Of a stretch of DNA of 64,000 bases, positions 9,611 through 20,159 are shown piece after piece. Position 1 is the first letter of the stretch. Each line of letters opens with the position of its first letter. The notes under the pieces are model-generated. The model saw nothing but the letters and a program-made list of their open reading frames with translations. It was not told the DNA's origin and searched no databases. The stretch lies in assembly GCA_000146465.1 (NCBI GenBank), contig CP001949.1. One strand, written 5' to 3'. The translations under genes and the position numbers were made by a program.

Positions 9611-10519
9611 ATGGAAGGAAAGTGTTGGATATCTCTTCGTACGGAAGAAGCCATTGACCTGGAGCTGACCTTGTTCAGTGGACAAGTGTTTTCATTCAAG
9701 AGGACGGGAGAGAAGGAATATACTGGGGTGCTGGGAGAATGTCTGGTGAGTTTTTTGCAAGATGGAAGTAGGGTCCTCTACAAGGTGCTCAGCGGAAAAA
9801 GGTCTCCAAAGGAAGTTGAGGAGGATATTTTTTATTTCTTTACATTAGATATAAAGCTCAAGCCTCTTCTGGAGAAATGGAAGGTTGATTCTGACGGCCT
9901 CCTAAACGGCTTAAGGGCTCTCCGATACGATCTAATTCCAACGATATTTTCGTTTATCTGCTCGTCCAACAACAACATTTCCAGAATAACAAGGATGGTC
10001 GAGTTTCTTTATTCAAAGGGAGAGTTTATCATGAAGTATAAGGGGATTGACTTCCATCGCTTTCCAAGCCTGGAGGAGTTGGTAAGCATTGAAGGAGAAC
10101 TCAAAGCTAAAGGGTTTGGGTACAGATCTTCATACATCTGCAATGCAGCAACATATCTACAAGAGAACTATTCCAAGCTACAGCAAAGGTCTAGAATCAG
10201 GGAGGCATTGGTTTCGATCAAGGGCGTTGGAGAGAAGATAGCCGATTGCATTTTGTTGATAGGTGTTGGCGAGCTGAGTGCTGTTCCTATTGACACACAT
10301 ATTTTCAAGCATTCTAAGAAGATGTTTAGAATCCATGGAAAGACATTGACTCGGAGGGCATATGGAGCTGTGCAGGAACTGTATAAAGAGAAGTTTGGGG
10401 AATATGCAGGGATAGCACAGCTCTATATATTTAAGAGGATGGTCGACCAGGCAAAGAAGAGGCAAAGAGGCATCGATAGGTTTGGACATCTTGGAATGTT
10501 GGATGAAAAGAAGAAGTAA
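9611..10519 (+). CDS. OGG1: 8-oxoguanine DNA glycosylase OGG1
   Basis: N-terminal OGG domain (L.L.L.SGQ.F.W); HhH-GPD with the catalytic region (KGVG.K.ADCILL...VPIDTH); ATG preceded by ACCC. Confidence 0.75.
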   Translation: MEGKCWISLRTEEAIDLELTLFSGQVFSFKRTGEKEYTGVLGECLVSFLQDGSRVLYKVLSGKRSPKEVEEDIFYFFTLDIKLKPLLEKWKVDSDGLLNGLRALRYDLIPTIFSFICSSNNNISRITRMVEFLYSKGEFIMKYKGIDFHRFPSLEELVSIEGELKAKGFGYRSSYICNAATYLQENYSKLQQRSRIREALVSIKGVGEKIADCILLIGVGELSAVPIDTHIFKHSKKMFRIHGKTLTRRAYGAVQELYKEKFGEYAGIAQLYIFKRMVDQAKKRQRGIDRFGHLGMLDEKKK

Positions 10520-10533
10520 AAGGACTCCCCTTG

Positions 10534-11301
10534 ATGAAATGGGATGTGGACAAAGAGTATTCGACTAACGAACCTCAAGAAGAGGTAAAGAGAGTCAAGA
10601 GGGCTATTGAGGGCATGGATGTCAAACCTATGGAGTCTGGTAGGGTCTCCTTAACAGCAGAAGAAAATGGGGTTGAAGGCCATGATCTGAACTTCAAGAG
10701 GCAGGTTAAGAAGAAGGTGAACGATTACAAGTACAAGACCCTTTACAACGTTGGGAAAACAAAGAATCCATATGCTCTCACACGTAATAGTGTGGTGATA
10801 GCCATGGAAGAGGAGCTAGGGGTGGAGATCCTTGTCAAGGGAAGTTACAAGCCAGAAGAGCTGAATGGAGACACAGACGATTCGGATGGGCTGGTGTATG
10901 AGATCTCGGCCCCGACGCCCGAGATCCTCCAGGAAGCAATGTTCAAAATTCCATCTATGGTCAAGACTGTGCCTGTGCTCCCATGGACCTCGTCCAGTAT
11001 CTTGGGAAGATATGTCTGGAAAAACGGCACCCGGTACCATTCGTACAGGATTTTTGTAGATCCTGACGATTTATCGGGGAAGATGAATGAGTTCCGCAAG
11101 GACATAGAAGCGGTTGCAGCCGATAAATCGGTAGACATTGCCATTAGAGGAAAGTTTTCTGGGCATGTGGAGCCATGCTTTGGTCAGGAGGCGAATGAGC
11201 CTCCATATATTCAAATACTAACAAAAACCAAGAAGGAAATAAGAGAAGTAAGAAAGGCATGCAGGGAAGTGATCTCCAAGCACAGCGAAATTTCTGGATA
11301 G
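10534..11301 (+). CDS. Hypothetical protein (possibly KH-like RNA-binding)
   Basis: The track start at 10531 is a TTG; the first ATG at 10534 is preceded by CTCCCCTTG; starts only 14 bp after the OGG1 stop. Confidence 0.4.
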   Translation: MKWDVDKEYSTNEPQEEVKRVKRAIEGMDVKPMESGRVSLTAEENGVEGHDLNFKRQVKKKVNDYKYKTLYNVGKTKNPYALTRNSVVIAMEEELGVEILVKGSYKPEELNGDTDDSDGLVYEISAPTPEILQEAMFKIPSMVKTVPVLPWTSSSILGRYVWKNGTRYHSYRIFVDPDDLSGKMNEFRKDIEAVAADKSVDIAIRGKFSGHVEPCFGQEANEPPYIQILTKTKKEIREVRKACREVISKHSEISG

Positions 11302-11410
11302 ATTTCTGGACTTTTGGAAGGGATTACTTCTCCCGAAGATGATTTGATATCTCAATTGGAATTCTGAAACACGATTGCTATAAAGGTAATTTGTTTATGA
11401 AGTGAATCCA

Positions 11411-12232
11411 ATGGACAGCAACGTGGCGGAAGTAGTTCTGAAAGGCCGATCCAGGATCGTATTTGGCGGGGAAGATTCCGGCCTACCGCTCTACACTCTT
11501 GATACGGAGGTTGTAGAGGCCTTTACTCTGGAAAGGTTTAAGGAGCTGATTGCCTCCAATGTTAAGGAAGGAAAGGACTTTGTAGTTGGGGAGGTGACTA
11601 CAAGGGATCCTCCAACGGGTTCAATCTTTAAGAACTACTATGCTGCAGTTGAACTGAACAGAATCCTCTTTTGTGTAGAGGGCCGTAACAACCTTTTGTA
11701 CAGGGTAATAGCTAGGAATCCAATAAACAACCTTGAGATTGAAGGAAAAGTCTTGTATTACAAGATAACATGGAAAGCTCTGTCCAGCGCCGTGGAGAAA
11801 AGGCATTCTTCCAAGGACGAGTTTCTGATAAAAGCAGACTACTTTGCTAATGATGAGGATCTGCTTTTTGATCCATCGGTTAGAAGATACTTTGCCAAGA
11901 ACTTTGCAGATGAAGAGTATTTCGTGCATCGACTCGAGAATATGGAAAGCCCAATGGTGATCTCGGAGGATCCGTTAGAAGGCTACCGCGATGACAAATT
12001 CGGGCTTAAGATCATACTCTACACAAACATAGGGACTATATTGGTTGTATTTGGAATGTGTATCCTCCTTGGGTCCAGAGAGGCTTTTTTTGTTGCAATT
12101 GCCCCTCTTTCAATGACACTCCTCTTTTCAATCCTCTTCCTTGTCCTCTACGCCTTGCTTTTCGAGGCTCCAGAGGGCCTTTCTTCGATATTCAACTTCC
12201 GAAAAACTAGATTTAGATACGAAAGCAGTTAA
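11411..12232 (+). CDS. Tail-anchored membrane protein, family member B (paralogue of 3716..4822)
   Basis: The track start at 11402 is a GTG; first ATG at 11411; conserved N-domain shared with member A; C-terminal TM segment. Confidence 0.45.
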   Translation: MDSNVAEVVLKGRSRIVFGGEDSGLPLYTLDTEVVEAFTLERFKELIASNVKEGKDFVVGEVTTRDPPTGSIFKNYYAAVELNRILFCVEGRNNLLYRVIARNPINNLEIEGKVLYYKITWKALSSAVEKRHSSKDEFLIKADYFANDEDLLFDPSVRRYFAKNFADEEYFVHRLENMESPMVISEDPLEGYRDDKFGLKIILYTNIGTILVVFGMCILLGSREAFFVAIAPLSMTLLFSILFLVLYALLFEAPEGLSSIFNFRKTRFRYESS

Positions 12233-12294
12233 TTAAAGCCATGTTGATCGAAAGGAGTTAAAGGCCTAAGGCCCATGGATTTCCAATAATGCAT

Positions 12295-12708
12295 TTATTT
12301 TTTCTTCTTTGTCTTTTTCTTCCTAACAAGATTAAGCTTATTCTCAACATACACGCCCTTCTGAACAACTCCATGCACCACCTTTCCATGGGCCTGCTTT
12401 CCTGAAGAAACACTGCCCCCACTTCTTGCAGAGGATCTCATCTCTGCAATCGTTTGGCTTACTCCCTCTACAACAAACAGTTTTCCATACTCCTTTTTAA
12501 TCCGGAACCTTCCATTGTTGAAGAAGTCTCGAGGATGCTTCTTCAAAGGCTCTTCGACACATTCGATTTCAAGTTTTTCCAAGGCATTTTTGATTTCATG
12601 GTATCGAGGCTTCTCAATGCAAATCTCTTTTCTATACTTCCTTCCCTCCGAAAGCGCCCTGGATGAATCCATGTAGGCAGGATACAAGCAGAAGTACTTG
12701 TTCTCCAT
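12295..12708 (-). CDS. SRP19: Signal recognition particle SRP19
   Basis: FCLYPAYMDSSRALSEGRKYRKE matches the SRP19 core (F.CIYPAY....T.AEGRR); lysine-rich tail; the track start at 12765 is a TTG; the ATG at 12708 is preceded by CCCC. Confidence 0.65.
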   Translation of the reverse strand: MENKYFCLYPAYMDSSRALSEGRKYRKEICIEKPRYHEIKNALEKLEIECVEEPLKKHPRDFFNNGRFRIKKEYGKLFVVEGVSQTIAEMRSSARSGGSVSSGKQAHGKVVHGVVQKGVYVENKLNLVRKKKTKKKK

Positions 12709-13038
12709 CAAGGGGAAGTTTTCTGGAAAATTATAATTGAGGTTTCTCTGCAAAATCCTTTCCAAGCTTCCTATCTAGCCTACCATTTTCAATCCTGGTC
12801 CATAAATCGACTTTGTTTACACCCTTTAATGTTGTCAAAGTCATTAGAGCCTTTCTTTGAAATGCCATCAGCATCAGGTACGGCAATATACATTGCCTGC
12901 TGATTTGTTGTCTTGGCATTTCTTAATATCTTCTATGCACACGAGTATCATTCCAAGGTTACAAAGCATATCACAAAGAAAATAGAAAACATCTTTATCC
13001 AAGCTCTTGTGTTATGCTTTTTAAACGGCATTCCAAAG

Positions 13039-14130
13039 ATGATTCTGATGGTAAATTTGTATAGAACCTTCCCCATACAGGTGTTTGCGTCGGCCATTTC
13101 AGGTACCACTCAAATCTCCATTGCAATATCTCTCGCTCTTGTTTTGATATTTGCCAAGACAAATTGTTTTGTCCACCATATAAGCTTCTATAAGGATGTC
13201 CTCTTTCTTGAAGCCTCCCATCTGCTTCTACTGATAATGTTCTCGAACACGGCAGATACTCTAACAATTCCAATTATGACCTTGAGTGTGTTCTTTGCCT
13301 TTCTGTTCAACACTTTCTCTCTGCCTGCATATATCTCGCAGGTACCGGCAGAAGCCCAGGACACCGTCTCTTCCCATCCTCAAGCTCCGCATCCATCCCT
13401 TGGCCTATACCCCATCCGATTCATATTCAACACCATCTTTCTGGACCCAGACCAGCTGTCTTCGTCCTCAAAGAAAACATCATATACAATCATGCTTTCT
13501 CCGGCGATCAGCCTTCTAGTAGGCATGGTACACTTTCGCATAGACATCGGACGCCTTGAATTCCTTCTTTCTCTTATCTGCTCCTTCTTTGCAGGCTTGC
13601 TTTTATACATGATGATAAGAAAAAGGATCTTCTCCACAATTTCATGTCTCTACACCTTGGCTGTTTCCATGCTCTTTTTCTCGATAATAATGGAAAATCT
13701 TGTGGATCTTACCGTTCGCATCAGCAATGCAACAGGATTAGGAATTCAGCTTCTTTCCGGTACGTTTCTTTCACTCCAATCAAATCTTACGGAAATAGTA
13801 ACATGTCTTAAATACAAGGGAAATGAGATGTTGACTGTGTCGTCTTGCTCCATCCTCTACACGCACATATTCAATGCTCTTCTCTTCTTTCCTACCATCC
13901 GGTTGCTACTGACCAAAGACGGGATCCTCCCTCATTCACAAAACATCTCCAATGCTCCCTTTGTATACTTTTCATATGTCTTTATCCTTGCTGAAATCAA
14001 AGTAATCTTTGTAAACTACCTCCTCAGACACCACAAGCTGACAAAGGACCTTGGGTACACACTCATAGCAATATATGCATTATTCATCATCGGATTTGCC
14101 ATAGAAGGTAAGGAGCATCTTTGTAAATAA
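13039..14130 (+). CDS. Multi-pass membrane protein, unknown family; 5' end uncertain
   Basis: Long hydrophobic ORF; the track start at 12913 is a TTG; the first in-frame ATG is at 13039, although the upstream in-frame segment looks coding (an upstream exon cannot be excluded). Confidence 0.35.
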   Translation: MILMVNLYRTFPIQVFASAISGTTQISIAISLALVLIFAKTNCFVHHISFYKDVLFLEASHLLLLIMFSNTADTLTIPIMTLSVFFAFLFNTFSLPAYISQVPAEAQDTVSSHPQAPHPSLGLYPIRFIFNTIFLDPDQLSSSSKKTSYTIMLSPAISLLVGMVHFRIDIGRLEFLLSLICSFFAGLLLYMMIRKRIFSTISCLYTLAVSMLFFSIIMENLVDLTVRISNATGLGIQLLSGTFLSLQSNLTEIVTCLKYKGNEMLTVSSCSILYTHIFNALLFFPTIRLLLTKDGILPHSQNISNAPFVYFSYVFILAEIKVIFVNYLLRHHKLTKDLGYTLIAIYALFIIGFAIEGKEHLCK

Positions 14131-14187
14131 ACATATTCCTACCGCCATTCTTTGGAGATATTAGCCTTGAAGATAAAAAAGATCGGT

Positions 14188-15195
14188 TTAATTAGTGGAT
14201 CTTATTGCAGATGGATCAAGCTTCTTAACAAACCTCAGCCTTTCCTTCATCTCTTCATCACTCAGCTTGAGCTCTGTCCTTCCCACAAACAGAGGCTCGT
14301 CGAGAATGGCCTGCACTGCATCACTGTAGAACAGCTCTTCAAGATCGTCATGGGCCACAATCCTGTCGGGAAGCTTGAATCCAGGAGTAAGCTCGGCCTC
14401 TCTCTCAACTCCTCCAAAGATCTTGTCCAGCTTCTCAAAGGCACTTTCGGTCCATATGATCAGCCTTCCTGGCAGTCCTCCCGGCGCAAGCTCAAGGAGA
14501 TCCAAGCTGTCAATGCTCATCTGATCTACTCCCCGAATGTTTCTGAACCCAAGAAGCTCAGAGGACTCTCCGTGCACAATAAGGATCCCTTTTCTTTGTG
14601 TATATCTTCTGTTCCTCATCTTCCCCTTACCACATCGCACTCCTCGGCTCTTTTCAATCCTCTTCAATTCCTCCTTCATGTTTAAGTCCTTGAGAATCTG
14701 TAGTGCATCCTTGGTCTTCTTGGCCTTTGAAATGTCGTCAGAGACAATGATGGGAAGCATCTTCACATTCGATACCCTGTGCCCCCGAGCTTCCACAAGT
14801 GATGTTTGTGCAGATGCTGCAACTGCCATGGCCTCGGCTATCTTCTTGGTGTTCTCCACAACCTTTCTAGCCCATCTCCTATGCGTCTTGGTTGGGTGTG
14901 CCATCCTACCCTTTCGGCAGAAGTTTGCAAATGCACCCTGTCCTGCCCTTCTTGTTCCTCCTCCCTTCACTCTCGGCACACGTGCAATCGCCCTCCCGGT
15001 TCCCCAGGACTCTGCAGAATGCTGCATACCTGCATACTTCGATACTGCATATGGCTGCCTGGTCTTCATCCTGTATATCGAGTACGTCTTCAGCACAAGA
15101 TCCTGTCTGATAGGTGTGGAAAACACCTCTGGAAGATCCAAGGTCTTCTTCACCGTCACCCCATCAACCTCATAACAGTTGATCTGTTGCTTCAT
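14188..15195 (-). CDS. RPL4: Ribosomal protein uL4 (RPL4)
   Basis: RQPYAVSKYAGMQHSAESWGTGRAIARVPRVKGGGT, GKGKMRNRR, LAPGG..GR motifs; full length. Confidence 0.9.
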   Translation of the reverse strand: MKQQINCYEVDGVTVKKTLDLPEVFSTPIRQDLVLKTYSIYRMKTRQPYAVSKYAGMQHSAESWGTGRAIARVPRVKGGGTRRAGQGAFANFCRKGRMAHPTKTHRRWARKVVENTKKIAEAMAVAASAQTSLVEARGHRVSNVKMLPIIVSDDISKAKKTKDALQILKDLNMKEELKRIEKSRGVRCGKGKMRNRRYTQRKGILIVHGESSELLGFRNIRGVDQMSIDSLDLLELAPGGLPGRLIIWTESAFEKLDKIFGGVEREAELTPGFKLPDRIVAHDDLEELFYSDAVQAILDEPLFVGRTELKLSDEEMKERLRFVKKLDPSAIRSTN

Positions 15196-15364
15196 TTCAA
15201 GCCCTCAGAGCAAATTTTTTTTAAATTCTGGGATTTTCAACCTAGCTGTCTTCTGTCCCAATTCCAAACTACTTGACGAGTCTTTCACCGTCTCCACTGC
15301 CAACTCCTTCTTCTTGCTTCCATTCCGTTTGGATTTAATACCTTTGCAACAATCCCCCAAGCTC

Positions 15365-17743
15365 ATGACTTATGTGAGATGGCTGAATGGAGAAGAGGAA
15401 TGGCTTATAAGAAGATCCCGCAAAAGATCTTCATCGAGAGGCTCACAAAGAACAATGAAGGCAAAGAGCTTGATAACAGTTGCAAACAATTTGTATGTCC
15501 GAAACGAGCTTGGAAAGTGTGTGGAAGTCCTCAAGGAAACAATATGTCTTGTGCCAAGAAATCCGCATCCATACTTCACTCTTGGGCTCATTTTTGAGGA
15601 GAGAGGAGAGATACCAAAGGCATATTACTGCTTTTTTGTTGCTGCACACCTTCAAAGAAACAACTACGGACTTTGGAGGAAGCTCTACGATTACTCACGG
15701 CAACTTGGTTACAACCGAGAAAGGATATACTTCATCGAGGTTCTGCAGAGGAAGGGGAACAAGAGAGAGATGGTTGTGGAGAAGATGGGCCTGTATTCTG
15801 GAGACAAGGTCAAGGAGCTGAGCTGCAAGATAGAGCTGTTTGAGTTTGATGGGGTGGATGATGGGATCTTTGATGCTATTCGTGGGGCGATAACACACAA
15901 GGCTCGGCTTGCACGGCTGGCAAAGAGGCTTCTAAATCATCTTACAAAGGACGAAAGCTCGTGCTCGGACTATTATGTTAAGCAGCTTGTCATTCTGAAG
16001 TACGAAGCTTCCGACTTCATTGGGATGAAGACAATGTTCGACAAGTATCTCTTTAAGAGACGTGTTGAACTCTGCACAAAGCTCAGAGTGATATACATAA
16101 TGGCATGTCTCCAAGATGGAGGAGGAAGCGGCACCGAGGAATGTATTGGCCTCTTCCTGGAAGATGATAGGCTGTGGTCAGAGATTGGAGAGATAGATCT
16201 TTTGAAGCATCTTGCCGATATACTCATAGAGCATGGAAAGACTGACGAAGTGATAAAGTTACTTGGGAGGATAAGAAACAAATTCAACGACCAGAAGGAA
16301 TTTGTATATTGGAAGCTGGGAAGGATGCTCCATGACAAAGAGAATTATGACGAAGCTCTGCTGTACTACAGGCTGGTGCTTGAAATTAATCCTATCAACG
16401 ACGATGTTAAGTCACGGATGCATTCTATCTACACAAAGCAAGGAAACCACGAAATGGCCAAGAAATATGAAACGATTGCCCAGCTGATTGGGATTGTTGA
16501 TGAAAGAAATAAGAAAGGATGTGCATATTCACCTGAAATGTGCATGAGCATAAGGGCTCTCTACGAGGAAGCCAGGACTATTGGGGATGACTGCAGGAAA
16601 TTTATTGAATCGAATGGGGTTCTGGTGGATGACTTTCTGAAAAACAGATTTATCTTTGAGAAGAGAAAGAAAAGACCCTCTGGATCCATAAAGTTATATA
16701 GACAAAGATATATTGGGAATGGCATCTCTTCCGAGGGGAGAGGGGAGGACAGGATCATGAAGGAAGGATGCAGAGAGGGATTCCGATTTGGGGATCTTCA
16801 TGGGCTGAGTGTTGATGAATGGTTCAATGTTGTTTTGAGCCAGATTGTTGGCCTACTTTCTGTCTCCCGCAATGAGGAGGCTATGTCTCTAGTGTTTCGA
16901 TCCCTGGAGGCATATATCTTCCGTCACCGGAGTGACATCATATGTAAGCTTGTGTTTGTTGGGCTGAAGGCATCACTGATGTTTGGAGATTTTGGAGACT
17001 TTGTCACCTTGGTGAGAAGTGTGATCTGCCATACAGGAAATTATTCCTATGCTTATCTACTGTTTTACTTCAGCAACTTCTTTATGTGCTTCCAAAGGAA
17101 CAACGACTTTTCCTACTTCCAGAAGTACCTTCAGAGAGTGTGCAGAAGGAGGCTTAGAATCCTTCCAAATCTCGGAGAAGACCTGTCTTCGGAATCTTGT
17201 GGAGACTCTTCCGAATCCAGAAGCATAAACGACGAAGGCCATAAGGAGGAGACTTGCGAAAATGCTCATAAGGAAGACGCTACAAGAAGAAGAGCCATAG
17301 GGGTGTCCCACTTCCTGTTCTTGAACTCGCACATTCCAAATCTCCTGCAGTCGAAAACTGTGGAGATGATGTCGTCTCTCCAAATGGAACGGAACACATC
17401 TGAAAGTATAATTCTTGCGTCGATGTTCCTCATCCACTCGAAGTCGAGAAGAGTGAGCGATAGGAATATGTTTATAAGAAAGGGAATATCCATCCTCAAG
17501 AGTCTAAAAGAGAAGACTCAAGGAGAAGATGGATGTGTAGTTTCCTACAACATTGGAAAAGCCTATCAGTTCTTTGGGTTTCCGGGGCTTGCAGAAAGCT
17601 TCTACATGGAAGCGTTGGGCACATCGGATGTTGAACTTCGAAGGCTTGTACAATTCAACTTGTATCTTATATACAAAAAGAATAACACAATGGAGCTATT
17701 TAAAGACATTCTCAAAAGCAAAGAGCCCTCATTCGCGGAGTAA
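15365..17743 (+). CDS. TPR-repeat protein, TFIIIC subunit Tfc4 (tau131/GTF3C3)-like
   Basis: N-terminal TPR block with the pattern TLGLIFEERGE...KAYYCFFVAAHLQ...LWRKL; the track start at 15179 is a TTG; the ATG at 15365 is preceded by CCCCCAAGCTC. Confidence 0.5.
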   Translation: MTYVRWLNGEEEWLIRRSRKRSSSRGSQRTMKAKSLITVANNLYVRNELGKCVEVLKETICLVPRNPHPYFTLGLIFEERGEIPKAYYCFFVAAHLQRNNYGLWRKLYDYSRQLGYNRERIYFIEVLQRKGNKREMVVEKMGLYSGDKVKELSCKIELFEFDGVDDGIFDAIRGAITHKARLARLAKRLLNHLTKDESSCSDYYVKQLVILKYEASDFIGMKTMFDKYLFKRRVELCTKLRVIYIMACLQDGGGSGTEECIGLFLEDDRLWSEIGEIDLLKHLADILIEHGKTDEVIKLLGRIRNKFNDQKEFVYWKLGRMLHDKENYDEALLYYRLVLEINPINDDVKSRMHSIYTKQGNHEMAKKYETIAQLIGIVDERNKKGCAYSPEMCMSIRALYEEARTIGDDCRKFIESNGVLVDDFLKNRFIFEKRKKRPSGSIKLYRQRYIGNGISSEGRGEDRIMKEGCREGFRFGDLHGLSVDEWFNVVLSQIVGLLSVSRNEEAMSLVFRSLEAYIFRHRSDIICKLVFVGLKASLMFGDFGDFVTLVRSVICHTGNYSYAYLLFYFSNFFMCFQRNNDFSYFQKYLQRVCRRRLRILPNLGEDLSSESCGDSSESRSINDEGHKEETCENAHKEDATRRRAIGVSHFLFLNSHIPNLLQSKTVEMMSSLQMERNTSESIILASMFLIHSKSRRVSDRNMFIRKGISILKSLKEKTQGEDGCVVSYNIGKAYQFFGFPGLAESFYMEALGTSDVELRRLVQFNLYLIYKKNNTMELFKDILKSKEPSFAE

Positions 17744-17769
17744 CTCATTATTTTGTTTATGCCCCTGGG

Positions 17770-18558
17770 ATGAGCGAAGGCCAGATACTTAATGTGTGGA
17801 AGGACAACCTCCATGGAGAAATGAAAAAGATATCCCAGCTTATAAGCAGATACAACTACATAAGCATGGACACGGAGTTTCCAGGGGTTGTAGCGAAGCC
17901 TGTTGGAAGCTTCAAGTCGCCCTCCTCGTTTGCGTACCAGCAGCTGAGATGTAATGTGGACATATTGAATATCATCCAGCTTGGGATATCTCTGAGCGAT
18001 GGGGAAGGAAACCGGCCATGCCCCATAAGTACGTGGCAGTTCAACTTTGCATTCAGCCTGGAAACAGACATGTATGCACAGGAGTCGATTGATTTGCTGA
18101 TCCAAGCCAAAATAGACTTTAAGGAGCACGAGAGGAGAGGAATCAGAGTGGAAGAGTTTGGAGAGGTTCTAATGACCTCGGGATTGGTGATGTCTTCAGA
18201 CGTTGTATGGGTTTCGTTCCACTCCGCCTATGACTTTGGATATCTTATCAAGATCCTGACATGCAACCCTCTTCCGGAAAGAGAAGAGGACTTTTACAGG
18301 TTCCTCGCAGCTCTGTTCCCAGATTTCTACGATATAAAGTTTCTTGTACAGAACAGCAGATATCTGAAGAAGGGACTTCAGGAGATATCCAACGACCTCG
18401 GGCTTGTGCGAGATGGAATTCAGCACCAGGCGGGGAGTGATGCACTTCTGACATCCCACGCGTTCTTCAAGACCAAGGAGGTTCTTTTCAACCGAAGCAT
18501 CGGAAAGGATCTCATGTGTAAGTTGTTTGGAATTGAGGTCAAAGACCCCCTACAGTAA
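17770..18558 (+). CDS. CCR4-NOT deadenylase subunit CAF1/POP2 (CNOT7-like, DEDD nuclease)
   Basis: YNYISMDTEFPGVVA, LRCNVDILNIIQLG, SFHSAYDFGYL; strong full-length match. Confidence 0.85.
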   Translation: MSEGQILNVWKDNLHGEMKKISQLISRYNYISMDTEFPGVVAKPVGSFKSPSSFAYQQLRCNVDILNIIQLGISLSDGEGNRPCPISTWQFNFAFSLETDMYAQESIDLLIQAKIDFKEHERRGIRVEEFGEVLMTSGLVMSSDVVWVSFHSAYDFGYLIKILTCNPLPEREEDFYRFLAALFPDFYDIKFLVQNSRYLKKGLQEISNDLGLVRDGIQHQAGSDALLTSHAFFKTKEVLFNRSIGKDLMCKLFGIEVKDPLQ

Positions 18559-18581
18559 AGATCTTCTAGAGAACTGCTTTA

Positions 18582-19097
18582 TTAAAAGCCTAAGCTTTCC
18601 TCGTCACTTAGACTGTTGTTTGTTTCTACATCTATCTTCTCTTTGGTTATGGGAATGGCATACTTCTTGACATAGCTTCGAACAACTTCGTTGTACTTTT
18701 CTCTGTTATTGAGATACATCGAGCCGGCCTCGCAATTGAGAGGATCTGCAGCATTTGGGTAGGATAGAAGCTGGGGAAGAAGAATGTCGACGATGTTTAG
18801 GAGGTCGTATATGGGAGACCATATCTGGTTGAGAACGTCGAGGCATATCGAGCCGCTTGTTTCATCGACATTTGGATGAAATATCCTGGTTGTGAATCCT
18901 ATCGAAGGACTTTTGAATGGATAGTTATCTGGAAGAAGTATGTTAACGATGTACTTTGCACCGTAGTACGGAGAGTCTTCGGGGCCATTTATCAGGACCT
19001 CCATCTGCGTATGCTTCCCCTCAAGCATCCGGACCTCGTAGTTTGCCCTGTAGAGTTTCTGGATCTCGTTCTTAACCCGTGGATTGAGCTTGACCAT
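18582..19097 (-). CDS. Ubiquitin-conjugating enzyme E2 (UBE2H/Ubc8-like)
   Basis: UBC fold with YPFKSPSIGF...IFHPNVDE.SGSICLDVLNQ.W. Confidence 0.85.
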   Translation of the reverse strand: MVKLNPRVKNEIQKLYRANYEVRMLEGKHTQMEVLINGPEDSPYYGAKYIVNILLPDNYPFKSPSIGFTTRIFHPNVDETSGSICLDVLNQIWSPIYDLLNIVDILLPQLLSYPNAADPLNCEAGSMYLNNREKYNEVVRSYVKKYAIPITKEKIDVETNNSLSDEESLGF

Positions 19098-19313
19098 GTC
19101 CTTTCCTTGTGTAAATTTATTGTGTCTTCATTACGTTTTTATGTGACAGGTTTCAGAAACTTCTGCGAATCGATTTGGCTCCTGGAAATCAAATCTGGAC
19201 GGCAAATTTCTTTGTGCATGAAACATTTAGCTTTTTTGAAGAAATGGGATTGGGCTGTGGGCTCCACCAGCCAATAAGCTGAGTTTTGATGGCGAAAAAA
19301 ATTTGCCCTAAAA

Positions 19314-20120
19314 ATGCCGACTGGACACCGCGACCATCTGAAGCGAAAGACTGCACCGAAGTCATGGATGCTGAACAAACAAGGAGGAACGTTTGCAATG
19401 ATGCCGGCCAGCGGGCCTCACAGGAAGACGGAGTGCATTCCGCTTGGATACTTGATCTCAAGGTTTCTCAAGTATTCTAGTAACTCCAAGGAGCTTAGAA
19501 TAATCCTGGATGGAAAGAACGTTAAGGTGAATGGAAAGGTACGCACAAACTCGCACTTTCCTGTTGGTCTGTTTGATGTGGTATCTATCGAGAAGACTGG
19601 AGAACATTTCAGAGTTCTATACAATGTGCACAAGAAGTTCCATCTTCACAGGATCAATTCATCGGAGGCTAGCTACCGCCTTGCAAAGGTCACAAAGAAA
19701 TACGAGTCACAGAATGTGCCATATGTTGTTTCGAGCTGTGGACTAAGCATCCGTTTCTGCGACCCGGCGATCGACGTTGGATACACAATCAAGATCTCTA
19801 ACGAGACGTCCAAGGTGATTGAATATATTGAGCCGGGGGTGGATAAGGTTGTATTTGTGTCTAGTGGAAAAGCTAGAGGACGAATTGGAGTCATAAATAC
19901 CATCAGCATCCAAGGAAAGGAAGTTGTCTACGGCATGACCGACTTTGCAGGCCATACCTTCTCTTGTACAAGCAAGAGTTGCATACTGATTGGAGAATCG
20001 GAGGAGAATATCCTGATCACGCTTCCGAAGGAGCGGGGGATACGACTTTCCAGTCTTGAGAGGATCAATGCTCAGCTGGGGGAAATGGTCGATATAGGAG
20101 TAGTTGAGGTCTGCGAATAA
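19314..20120 (+). CDS. RPS4: Ribosomal protein eS4 (RPS4)
   Basis: [22 protein letters not shown]...; S4/KOW regions; ATG preceded by GCCCTAAAA. Confidence 0.9.
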   Translation: MPTGHRDHLKRKTAPKSWMLNKQGGTFAMMPASGPHRKTECIPLGYLISRFLKYSSNSKELRIILDGKNVKVNGKVRTNSHFPVGLFDVVSIEKTGEHFRVLYNVHKKFHLHRINSSEASYRLAKVTKKYESQNVPYVVSSCGLSIRFCDPAIDVGYTIKISNETSKVIEYIEPGVDKVVFVSSGKARGRIGVINTISIQGKEVVYGMTDFAGHTFSCTSKSCILIGESEENILITLPKERGIRLSSLERINAQLGEMVDIGVVEVCE

Positions 20121-20159
20121 AATATTTCTTCTTTAATGTTATATTCACTTCTGAGAGAG

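Noticed and set aside
12913-13038. TTG 'start' and upstream segment of the 12913 membrane ORF
   Set aside because: The track uses non-ATG starts. The first in-frame ATG is at 13039. The upstream segment might be coding via an undetected exon, but I found no consensus intron.
19098-19313. A 215-bp divergent intergenic region between the E2 and RPS4 genes, as a possible small ncRNA locus
   Set aside because: No recognisable snRNA, snoRNA or RNase P RNA motifs, and no stable extended stem visible by eye. It is treated as a shared promoter region.
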